The notes below the pieces were generated by a model. The model saw only the letters and a program-made list of their open reading frames with translations, searched no databases and was not told the origin of the DNA. A DNA stretch of 64,000 bases from Candidatus Pacearchaeota archaeon. Its GTDB lineage: Archaea > Nanobdellota > Nanobdellia > Pacearchaeales > GW2011-AR1. This document shows, piece by piece, positions 18,561 to 29,100 of the stretch. Within the stretch, counting starts at the first letter, position 1, and every line of letters begins with the position of its first letter. The stretch spans positions 16,072 through 80,071 of the forward strand of contig VGKT01000002.1 of the NCBI GenBank assembly GCA_016866955.1, in the 5' to 3' direction. The position numbers and the translations under genes are program-made.

Positions 18561-19259
18561 ATGTATGAACAACTAAAAGAATCTGGACTTACAGAAAATG
18601 AAATAAAAGTCTATTTAGCATTAATAAATAACGGTTCTAATTTAGCAGGAAAAATATCACGATTAACAGGTCTACATAGAAGAACGATATACGACACGAC
18701 AGAAATGCTTATACAAAAAGGACTAATAGGTTATATCTTAAAGAATAATAGAAGAATATTCTCAGCTACAAATCCTAATAAACTTTTAGAAAACTTAGAA
18801 GAAAAACAAGCAATGTTACTTCCACTGGTTCAACAGCTAAAAAGCAAATTAGATGAAAAAAAGGAAAAAGAAGAAACATTATTCTATAAAGGCAAACAAG
18901 CTTTAAAAAATATATTTGAAGATCAATTGAATGCAAAGGAAATTTTAATTTTAGGTGCAAACAGCGAAGCATACAAAATTTTGCAATTTTATTTTAAATG
19001 GTATGATCAAAAAAGAAAAGCAAGAAAGATACAAACAAGGATTATAACACATGATAGGAATATAAAACGCATTCCACTTGCAGAAATAAGATATATACAC
19101 GAGAAATACAATAATCCCTTAGCAATTAATATTTACAAAGACAAAGTAGCTATTATCCTCTGGGCAAAAGAACCAATAGCTATTTTAATAAAGAACAAGG
19201 AAATCTCAGATTCCTATAAGTTATACTTTGAATTAATGTGGAAAACAGCAAGTAAATAA
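18561..19259 (+). CDS. TrmB family transcriptional regulator
   Basis: LKESGLTENEIKVYLAL, TGLHRRTIYD..EMLIQKGLI, IYKDKVAII, YFELMW. Confidence 0.93.
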   Translation: MYEQLKESGLTENEIKVYLALINNGSNLAGKISRLTGLHRRTIYDTTEMLIQKGLIGYILKNNRRIFSATNPNKLLENLEEKQAMLLPLVQQLKSKLDEKKEKEETLFYKGKQALKNIFEDQLNAKEILILGANSEAYKILQFYFKWYDQKRKARKIQTRIITHDRNIKRIPLAEIRYIHEKYNNPLAINIYKDKVAIILWAKEPIAILIKNKEISDSYKLYFELMWKTASK

Positions 19260-19411
19260 GAGATAAGTGAACGATTCTAAAAAAATTTAATAAAATTAAA
19301 TTATGCAGTTAAAATAATTTTAACTTTGCCACTAATGATTTAAAAAATAGAACTAAGAAAGTAAAAAATAATTATATCTCCATAAAAGTTAATACTCGTT
19401 ATATTTTCAAA

Positions 19412-20431
19412 TTACTTCCCAAATCGTCGTTGTCGCTTCCCATATTCACGCAAAGCATCTTCAAAATCTCTGGCAGAAAAATCAGGAAAATACTTCTCGC
19501 TAAAATATAATTCTGCATACGCAGCTTGCAAAGGCATAAACCCAGAAGTACGTTGCTCGCCAGAAGTACGAATTACCAAATCAACCTTCGGTAATCCTGC
19601 CGTATCCAATGCTTCAAACAAGGAAGATTCAGTAATCTGTTTCTTCCCTTTCTGCAATAATCGAGCAGCACGAACAAGTTCATCAATCCCCCCATAATCT
19701 AAACATAACACCACCGTAAAATCAGTATAGGTTTTAGTTGCCTCTGCAATATGATATAATCCCTTTACCAATGAACGTGGAAGTCTATCTTTTCGTCCCA
19801 CATGTATAAATCGAATACGATACTGATGGGCATCTTGTTCTAAAGCAGATAAGGATTTCTCAATCAATGAAAAAATTGCCTTTCGTTCAATCTCTGGTCT
19901 CGTCCAATTTTCAGTAGAAAATCCCCAGAGCGAAAGGCACTTCACTCCTGCTCGTTGTGCTCCACGTAATAAGGATTGCATATGAGCATAACTTCCCGCA
20001 TGATAATGACCAAAGTGTACTTCTTTTCCCTGACGTTTTGCCCATCGTCTATTGCCATCAGGGATAATCGCGACATGAGTAGGAACAGGAAGAGAACGTG
20101 AAAATAATCGTTTTCCTAATGAACGAAAACTAGCAAGTTGATCTGCAAAAAAATGCGTTTTTCGAATAATTTCAAACGAAGAATAGGTTTTTCCTGATGA
20201 TTTCCAATGATACTGCATACTTTCAACTTTACTTAATCCAGGACTTCCTTGTAACCATGAAACAAGTGCATGTAATGTTGTAACGGTTCCTTGTGCACAT
20301 ACAAACACACCTCCATCATCTCGATTCACTACATAGCCAGTAATCTTCTGCTTCCGGCAATACTTAGCAACAAGTGCTCGAAAACGTATACCTTGAACAC
20401 GCCCTATAAGTTCTATTTGTATTTCATTCAT
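19412..20431 (-). CDS. uppS: acylphosphatase / cis-prenyltransferase (UppS) fusion
   Basis: N-terminal GRVQGIRFR..GYVVN.DDG.V (AcyP); HVAIIPDGNRRWA, FSTENW.RP, IRTSGEQRTSGF (UppS). Confidence 0.93.
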   Translation of the reverse strand: MNEIQIELIGRVQGIRFRALVAKYCRKQKITGYVVNRDDGGVFVCAQGTVTTLHALVSWLQGSPGLSKVESMQYHWKSSGKTYSSFEIIRKTHFFADQLASFRSLGKRLFSRSLPVPTHVAIIPDGNRRWAKRQGKEVHFGHYHAGSYAHMQSLLRGAQRAGVKCLSLWGFSTENWTRPEIERKAIFSLIEKSLSALEQDAHQYRIRFIHVGRKDRLPRSLVKGLYHIAEATKTYTDFTVVLCLDYGGIDELVRAARLLQKGKKQITESSLFEALDTAGLPKVDLVIRTSGEQRTSGFMPLQAAYAELYFSEKYFPDFSARDFEDALREYGKRQRRFGK

Positions 20432-21471
20432 GCCACTTCCTCCACCAAAGCAGTTATAAAACGTTCAACTTCCGACGTAGTAATACGTCCCCCAATAGCA
20501 TCATCATGCCCTCCCCCCATAATCCCTGGAAAACCCTGCGCAATTCGTTCAAACACCAGCTTTACTCCTTTACCTCGTAATGAAATATTTGTTAATCCAC
20601 CTTTCCGATACGCAACAAACACAAACATGCCTGGATAGAGATATGAAAGTTTATTCGCAACGTCAGCACTCATACTTGTTGCTCCCCCATATTGCACAAC
20701 TAATACTTTTCCTCTAACTTCTCGTTCGCCGAGAATACGTTCTAACTCTACCTGGAGAAAAGCAGTTTTTTCTTGAAAAGAAGAAGGAGCATTATCTGAA
20801 AGAACTTGAGCAGGATCAGAACACTCAATTAAAAATCGAATCAAACTCCGCACATGTGAAAGAGAATCTTTTAAGCCAAAATTAAGTGATTGAGCTAAAG
20901 TTCCAATTCTTGTTGCATAATAAGCATCAAATGGTCCCTGAACAGTTCCCCCAAGTGCAGGAAAAGAAGTAGTAAATGAATTCCATTCTTGAGGAAGATA
21001 ATGATCTGCAATACACCCTGTAATGAGCAACCAAAGATCTTCAGTTCGTCCCAATGCGCGATACATTAAATACGAAACCGGCTCAGCACTTCGTGCCTTT
21101 CCAGATAACAAAGCTGGATTATATTCAATATATAATGGAAAATCAACACTAAAATCGGGTTTTGTAACAGCATGATGATCAAGTACAATCAATGGCAAAG
21201 AACGTTCTTTCGCAAACTGCACACTTTCAGGAGATAAAAAAGGTTTATCCAATACAACCAAAAGATCAGCCCCTTGTAACACTGCTTGTTCACAATAACC
21301 CACATCAAGTGCAGGATAGCTCCGTACAGGAATACCTATTCCTTTTCCTAATGTTCGACGAGCAATCAAAAAACTACATAACCCATCTGCATCATTATCA
21401 AACAAAAAAGCAGGACAGGAAGCTCCTTCTAAGCGAGAACGAAGATCATCCAAGGAAGCCTGAGAAAGCAT
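20428..21471 (-). CDS. DHH/DHHA1 family phosphoesterase
   Basis: DNDADG, VVLD, LDHH, SLR and GGGH motifs. Confidence 0.9.
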   Translation of the reverse strand: MLSQASLDDLRSRLEGASCPAFLFDNDADGLCSFLIARRTLGKGIGIPVRSYPALDVGYCEQAVLQGADLLVVLDKPFLSPESVQFAKERSLPLIVLDHHAVTKPDFSVDFPLYIEYNPALLSGKARSAEPVSYLMYRALGRTEDLWLLITGCIADHYLPQEWNSFTTSFPALGGTVQGPFDAYYATRIGTLAQSLNFGLKDSLSHVRSLIRFLIECSDPAQVLSDNAPSSFQEKTAFLQVELERILGEREVRGKVLVVQYGGATSMSADVANKLSYLYPGMFVFVAYRKGGLTNISLRGKGVKLVFERIAQGFPGIMGGGHDDAIGGRITTSEVERFITALVEEVA

Positions 21472-21529
21472 CCCTCAACGAGAAAGAAACGGCTTTTAAG
21501 CCTTATGGAAAAAAGACAATAAAAAAGAA

Positions 21530-21706
21530 TTATCGAGTCATAGATGCAGCTCTTCCAGCAGCTTCATAAGCGGCTTTTTCATCCTCAGGACTATACTACA
21601 TAGCACCTGTCGCATACAAAGCAATACCTATTCCAAGAGCTACAATCAAAAGAACAAATAACGCAGTTTTCCAATGAAAGTTACGTCGCACACTCTTCTT
21701 TACCAT
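21530..21706 (-). pseudogene. small single-TM protein gene interrupted by TAG (21596-21598)
   Basis: MVKKSVRRNFHWKTALFVLLIVALGIGIALYATGAM*YSPEDEKAAYEAAGRAASMTR; TATA 21 nt upstream; T-tract after the second stop. Confidence 0.55.
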
Positions 21707-21781
21707 AACAAAAATAGGTACAAGCCCTATTTAAACATTACTCAAAAAAAATAAAAAATAAAAAATAAAAAAAGGCTTTTC

Positions 21782-22507
21782 TTAGTACCAGCGAGAAATG
21801 CGATAGGTTACTGCAACACGTGCAGAAACATCGAGTTCACGAGGAGTAAGAGAGGCAGCAGCAAATTTTGCATCTTCAGCAGAAGCAACACCTTCTCCAC
21901 GAGCATAATACACAACAGGAGCATAAGAATAGTCCTCATTTTGTATTGAAACAAGTGAACCAAGGCTTTTACCAACACCTAAAGCGAGAGCGGTTGCTTT
22001 TCGTTCAGCATCTTTTCCAGCAGCAGTCAATGCTTCAGCTTTCAAGGAAGCAGCATGTTCATCAGAAAGTTCAAAGTTAATACCTTGTACTAATCCTCCT
22101 GCTTCAACAACTGCATCAACGATACCGGCAACTGAACGCACATCACTCGTACGAATATGTATTGACTGACTTGCAACAAAACCTTTGAGAACTTGTTTTC
22201 CCGTTTCCCAAGAATAGTCCTGATATAATTGTTCAGTTTGCATTTGAATCGCAGAATCGGGAACTCCACGTGCACGAACAGCAGTTGCAACAGCATCACT
22301 TACAGTACGCATATTTGTTTGAGCTGTTTGTGCCGATTGATGACGTTGTTCAATTGCTACATACACCACCACTTCATCAGCAGGAGCATGTAACGTAACT
22401 TCTCCAATAGCTGAAACAGTAGGAACTGTTCCAGGAGCCATCACTAAATATCCCCCCAATGCAATAATGACCACTACCAATCCAATAAGTCCATAGGTAG
22501 AATTCAT
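21782..22507 (-). CDS. SIMPL (DUF541) domain protein
   Basis: TM anchor, V.A.GE....PAD, GF.AS....V, L..A..DA..KA..LA..VG..LG. Confidence 0.92.
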   Translation of the reverse strand: MNSTYGLIGLVVVIIALGGYLVMAPGTVPTVSAIGEVTLHAPADEVVVYVAIEQRHQSAQTAQTNMRTVSDAVATAVRARGVPDSAIQMQTEQLYQDYSWETGKQVLKGFVASQSIHIRTSDVRSVAGIVDAVVEAGGLVQGINFELSDEHAASLKAEALTAAGKDAERKATALALGVGKSLGSLVSIQNEDYSYAPVVYYARGEGVASAEDAKFAAASLTPRELDVSARVAVTYRISRWY

Positions 22508-23091
22508 GATACACTACCTCCTTTCACTAAAGAAACGTAATAATTCCAAACAAGAAAAATTCCTATACCCACACAAGAACCAAGTAAAAACCACAAGGCA
22601 ATATCAGGTAAAATCACATTTGCACCAGGTTGAATCAAATCAGAAGGCATACGTTCCATAAGTGCACTACTTGCCGAAGCATCAGAAGCAACTTTCATAC
22701 TCGTATCAGATAGAACCGAAGTACCCACGCCACTTATTTTTATTAAAACAGCAAAGAGTCCTGAACCAAGCAATGCAGGAAGCACACCTTTGAGTAAAGG
22801 ACGAGGAGAAATAATAAATTGTGTATGTGCCAATTCATATTTCACTACCTTCTTACCTTTTACACTCCACCAAGAAGAAGCAGGCACCACCAATCCAGCA
22901 TCTACTAATTTCTTAATCGTATAATCAACGGTACTAAAGGGAAGAGACAAAGCCGAAACAAGTTCACCACTAGATGCAGGCCCAGCACTTAAACGATCAA
23001 GTAACACACGAGCAGTTTTGTTACGTAATGCTTCTGTAATCAACGATAAACGTGGATCATGTACATCGAGTTGAATAGATGTTCGCTTCAT
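22504..23091 (-). CDS. ArsR-like winged-helix regulator with C-terminal TM helices
   Basis: L.N.TAR.LL..L, LP.STVDY.IKKLVDAGLV, WSVKGK; two hydrophobic segments. Confidence 0.85.
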   Translation of the reverse strand: MKRTSIQLDVHDPRLSLITEALRNKTARVLLDRLSAGPASSGELVSALSLPFSTVDYTIKKLVDAGLVVPASSWWSVKGKKVVKYELAHTQFIISPRPLLKGVLPALLGSGLFAVLIKISGVGTSVLSDTSMKVASDASASSALMERMPSDLIQPGANVILPDIALWFLLGSCVGIGIFLVWNYYVSLVKGGSVS

Positions 23092-23126
23092 AATATAAAT
23101 ACAAATAAGAACTATATAAAGCTCCC

Positions 23127-23154
23127 GAAGATTCCCATTCTAACGGGAATGTTC
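23127..23154. promoter_or_regulatory. inverted repeat next to the TATA of the wHTH-SIMPL operon
   Basis: GAAGATTCCC-N8-GGGAATGTTC (9/10 arm match). Confidence 0.55.
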
Positions 23155-23171
23155 TTACTGCAATACTACAA

Positions 23172-26100
23172 TCAGCTTTGTAAAAATCGAGGAAGATAAA
23201 CACACTTGAACCAATTCAAGATACGTGAAATATCGGTCAAACGATCATCAAAACATCCTCGCGTTACAAACAGAGATCCTCGAGATTTATCACGACTTGT
23301 TTTAGAGTTCTTTCCAAGAATAACTCCTGCTTCTTCCAATTCTTCATCAGTACCTGGCACATCATCACGTACAGCAGAAGCAGTTCCTGAAGTTCTTCCA
23401 ATCAATGCTTGCACAGCAGCTTGATTCTTTTGTTTCTTCAAACTATCAAGGCTATCTGATTGAGAAGCATCAAGTCGTACATTTTCAGGATTAGATGGAA
23501 TAATTTTTTTACCAACAACACAAACAAGTTTTTTACTATCAAATTCCCCCTTACGCTTAGTACACATTTCCTCAGCAAGACTCTTACAATCAGCAGGACA
23601 CAACGCACGAGTTTCTCCTGCTTTAGTATCACAGATCTTATCTCCACATGCACTAGGAAGCGTAGTATTAGTAACAATTCCAATAGTACATCCCAAAGGA
23701 TTAGTACAAGTAATCGGAGGTACAAGGATATCTCCCGAACAAGGACAACTACCTGCACAAGCAACAGAAGTAGTCGCTTGACCTGCAAAACAAGGATTCA
23801 TATAAGAAAGTCCGTTTGCCCCACACACAGGAGACGCAGGTTGGCTTGCACAAGAAGGAACACAAGGGCCATAATAAGCAACAGCTACTTGCGCTTGTGC
23901 AGCTTTACAGGGGCTAGAATACGAAATACCATCCTCTCCACATACTAATGGACCAGCAGATATTGAACCAAATAGTGTAGGGCAAGTGGTTGAAATCGTA
24001 GAACACACTCCTTGATATGCAATCGTTATTCCTACTTGAGTAGCTAAACAAGCTTTATCATACGTTACTTCATTTGTACCACACACAGGAGCAGAAGGTT
24101 CGCTTGCGCACGCATATTCAGATCCCCCAGTACATTCATAGAATTCAAGAGACTGCATAACAACCAAAGTATTCTGAGGATTACCTGGCGTTTGTACTTC
24201 CAACTTCGTAAACGTAATACGATAATAGCGTGCAGAAACAGGGGAAGCAAGCATCCGTTTATTCACAGTGCGTGCATCACTCAAAGAAGCACTATCTCGT
24301 ATCGCCCAAGTAACACCGTCATCAGAAGACTCCAGAACAAACTGAGCAACTAATGGATTCCCTCCAAGAAGTTTAAATTGATACGCACCAATAGTACGAG
24401 GAGCAATAAATGAATACTGAATCCATTTTGGTGCACTAGCTGAAACAACCTGCGATTGCCAGAAGTTTGTCCCACCTGAGAAAGCACCCCAGGCCTGTCC
24501 TTGCGGACCACCAACCGTTGGATAATTCAATGCTTCACTATTACTTGATACGGTACCAACTGAAGAAGTATAACTTGACATCGTAGGAACAATAGTACCA
24601 CTCAACGATGTACACCCTGCCTGATTTGTATTCCCCGCACCATCGCTCACACACGTACAGCTACCTTCAAAGCAAGTATGAGTAAATCCAGGCAAACAAA
24701 GTATACCCACTGGAGGAGTCGTACATGCACCAGTAGAAACAATACTCACTCCAAGTGTTTCTGCTTCACATGAATTACCATACGTTACTCCATCATCCCC
24801 ACATACTGGTTTATACACTGCAGAACAAGTAACTGGTTCAGGAATTTTAACACAATGCAACTTTCCACAACCACTCAAACAGCCATTCGCGTCATAAGAA
24901 TTATCTTCAAGTGTACACTTTCCCCCAATTGGAATAAACACTTGAGGACAGGTAACTACATCGGCACAAAGGACAACATCATCTGATACTATATTTCCAC
25001 AAGTAATTGGACATCCCTTTTCATTGAGAACAGGGGCACCATAATGATATCCTTTAGGAGCACGAGGACAAGTCAAAGGCCCACATGCATCTCTGCCATT
25101 ACCTTCACAAGATAACGTACCGCAATCAATTTGACAACCAAAGTGATCAATACCTGGATTGGAATAAGAACAATCCGCAGGGGCAATACAAATCGGAGCA
25201 ACAGGACATACAAACGACTCTTCTCTGAATGCTGCACATTCTCCATCAGAACACGAAGTACAAGGTACAAAATCTCCTCCACGTTCAGGTGAAACACCAG
25301 GAGCAACACAATATAACTTGCTCACATAACACTTCTCTCCTTCACATGAATCAACCTTTTGCCCAAATTCACCAAAGGGATGTTCACTAATATAACATTC
25401 TTCATATAAGTTTTCAGAAACAAAAGATCCTTTACTATCGGTAAAACGTAACGCATGACGAGAATCTCTTCCAAAAGGATAATAGGCAAATTGTTTTGCA
25501 CGTTCACGTCCCTGACAAATACCAATAAAATTACGACTATATTTGCACTCCCAATAGAAAGCAACTCCCCCTCCTAAAGTATCAGCCCAACAAGCATTTC
25601 TATAATCTTTGCCATCTGCACCACACACAGGAGTATAATCGCTCGTACAATGATTTCCACCATCTCCTCCACCTTCTCCTCCACCTTTTCCTCCACCTTC
25701 TCCTCCACCTTTTCCTCCACCAACAATAGTAATGATAGGAGTACACAAAACAGAATCAATAGGTGCATGCGTTAAAGAATCAACACACACTCTTCCAACC
25801 CAAATAGGATCTCCACGAACAGTTTTTTCTCCACATAAATCAACATACCAATTATCAGGTTCGCTCGTCACATCATTACATCCGGCAGGACCGGGAAGAA
25901 TATACGAAAATGATGCTTGAGAGGTTCCCAAAGGATATACGCCTGAATAAAGTACCATCTCTCCGCTCATACCGTAAGCTCCAAAGAAGCTAGGCAACGG
26001 TCCAACTTTGCCATCTGTTCCTCCACCCGTCCCCTTATGAACAAGTCCTCCACGAGAATCAACCAAGTACCATGCTCCATCACCCACGTCTAATTGAAAA

Positions 26101-29100
26101 TAAACCGCAGCTAGATCTTTCTTAGTATCACAAGAGAGTCCAGTCTTTTGAATGCCCCATACTGCAGCAGGAGGTTGCACCTTACAGTCTTGTGGACAAC
26201 TACCCACCGATACCGTTTGAGTACATACCTCTGGCACTTTAGGGACATTGGGAGTAGTCGTAGGAGTAGTTGGTGGAGCAATCACCGTACAACGTTCAGC
26301 ATAAAGTGCCTTATATTCAACACTTTTTAAGAAGCCCTCTACAACTTGTGCACGAGTAGAAATTCCCTGTGTAAGTAAACCAGTCCAGTATGCTTTTCCT
26401 TGAGGATCTGAAGATCGTAAGAACAAACGTTCATACAATGTTTCAACAAACGCATCAGTACTCAACGTAACCAACCCATTAGCAAACGTTGTTGCATCAG
26501 GAGTACTACAACTAAAGGTACCTGAAGTAGAAGTTGCCTTGATAACTGGTAAGGCAAGACAGAAATGCACGTAGTGTGTTCCTCCCGAAAAGTAAGAAGG
26601 AGAATAGGGCACAACGCTACCCGAAGGATACATCGTACCCACCAAAGGAGCAACACTTGCTGCAGTTGTTTGACTCAATTTCCATTGTCCTCCAACATTT
26701 TCATACGTAAAGACAAGATTTCCACCCAAATGAGTCACAAATGAAGTCGTACTCATACCATCTCCACTCGAAGGTTGATAAACCGGACCACCATTCGAAC
26801 ACACACTCGAACCAATCGGAACAAAATCAACTACAATTTTACTTCCAGAACCAGTTCCACTCACTGGAATAGTAATAACCTGTGAAGAGCCATCTGCAAA
26901 ATAAAGTGTCAAAGTTCCTCCACTCCAAGGTTGCACTTTTGCAGCAAATACATCTAATTGATAAGTTCCAGCAGGATAGATTCCCAAAGACTGACCATAT
27001 TCATAATTCAATTGCTGACCATTTCCAATAAATACAAGAGGGTATGCATTGGTAGAAGAAGTCGACCAATATTCTCCTTGAAATGCATGTTGTAGATAGG
27101 CTGAAGTAATAGTCTTTGCAACAGGAAGAGACAATTGCACTATGAAATGATGATCAACTCCCCCGTACGCTGAAAAGGTTCCCCACGGACCAACGCGATC
27201 TTGATCAGCACCAAGATAAGTAGCAGTAATTTTTTGCTCTTGTTGTGTAGAAACAGGAACAACACCGCCAGGAAGACGAACACAGAACGTTGTTTGCTCA
27301 CCTGATTGAGCAGTATACCTTCCTCGTACAATTTGTCCTGAAGCATATTTAATCGAATTAAATGAGCCATGAGGAGGCAATGAAATAGACTGACCATCTA
27401 ACGTTAATGAACCATACGCTGGTCCTCCTTGCGAACCGATCTGCCAAACAGAAGGAGCAGTAAGAGAGAAACCAAGAGGAATCGTACCAATAGAAGATTT
27501 ACTCACAAATCCTGAAACAGGAACTTGCCAAGATGAACGAGAATATCCTTGGAAAGTACCTGCTTGATATCCTGCACTTGTTTCATCATACAAAACAGGG
27601 CAACCTGCAATACCCGTACCTTGTGTCGTAGGCGTTTGAGTAAGTGGAGTAACAAAAGAGGTAGAACTTCCTGGCAATTGCAAACACGTTAGTCCCGCAA
27701 TTCCATTGATACGTACCTGTGTTCCTGGAGGATACGAGCCGCGCCCATCAGGGAAGGATACAACTCCTCCTGGATAACCACCGACGAAATAGGTCCCATC
27801 TCCTTGAATATTGAAAAAGGAATAATAAGCTCCTGTTTGATAGACTACCGTCGTAGCATCATAACCTGCAGGGCGAGGATTCAAAGGTTGCGCACAACTT
27901 GTGGTTGTGGTTGTTGGAGTTGTAGTTGCAGGAGTAGCAGAAGAAGATGAAGAAGAACTTCCAATATACGTACCAGAACGACATTGAGCAGAAACAGTAA
28001 CAGGAGAACAGATATAAGCCGTTGCACTACCAGTAGAAGTTCGACAGGCACATCCTTGATAACCATCAGTTTTTTGCCAAGTAACTAATCGATTACTATC
28101 AGTTGATTCAAAAAATACCCCAATACCTGATAAGGTACATTGTCGTTCATTATTCGCAATCGCATACGTACCTCCACGCTGTGCACACATTGCTTGATTC
28201 TGAATATCAGTCATATCAAAAACATACCAAGGATAATAACAAGTATTTCCTCGCTTTTCACCCTGAAGACCTAGATACGAACAAGCAGAAGAAGCAGCCA
28301 AAGCTTCAAATCGAGGTTCATCGAAATAAGAATGACCAATTGTTTGGAGAGAGGTAGAAGAAACAGTGCACGCATTTCCTGTTGCTTCTCCTGTTTCACA
28401 AATGTTATTTCCACAAACTGCTTTATCTAATTGAGTAATACACGTATCTTTCTGAGGAATTACAAATGGACCAACAGAAGCTCGCTGAACACCATCACCA
28501 AATAATTTCAAAGTAACTTCTTCTCCAAATTTATAGATGAAATACGAATCAATTGTTTCCTGAGCTTTCATATTTCCTGTTGTTCCTTGTTGAATTAATT
28601 GATCCCATCCTCCACGAGAGTTGTAAAGCATGTATGAAGAAGCAAGAACCTTATTAACGCCAAAACTAAAGTCTTGACGTACCCCACTCCCATCAGGTAA
28701 ACATTCTTGTTTTCCTAATTGAATTGTCCATTCATCAATTTTCGGAGAAAGTAATGGAACAAATCCTGGGGCACTAGTTAATTGAGTAACAATTGGAGAA
28801 GAGAAACTGAGAGGAATAAGATCCGATGAAGGAGTAACGGTTTCACAAGGTTTCGCAACAATCTTCCCATTCGGACATTGATACGTTTCTCCACCGGTTG
28901 TACACGTATCAAAATTAATATCCAAGTTACAGGTTGGATCCCATCCAAAAGCTCCACACGTATCAGGGTCAGGACCAGTTGTTTCTCCATCAGTTCCTGA
29001 ACAAGGTCCAGACGTACAGGAAGGACTATCACACGGAACTTGTTGAGCAGGAGCTAAACAAGCATACGGCCCAGTACAAAGAGGAATACTATAACAGGTT

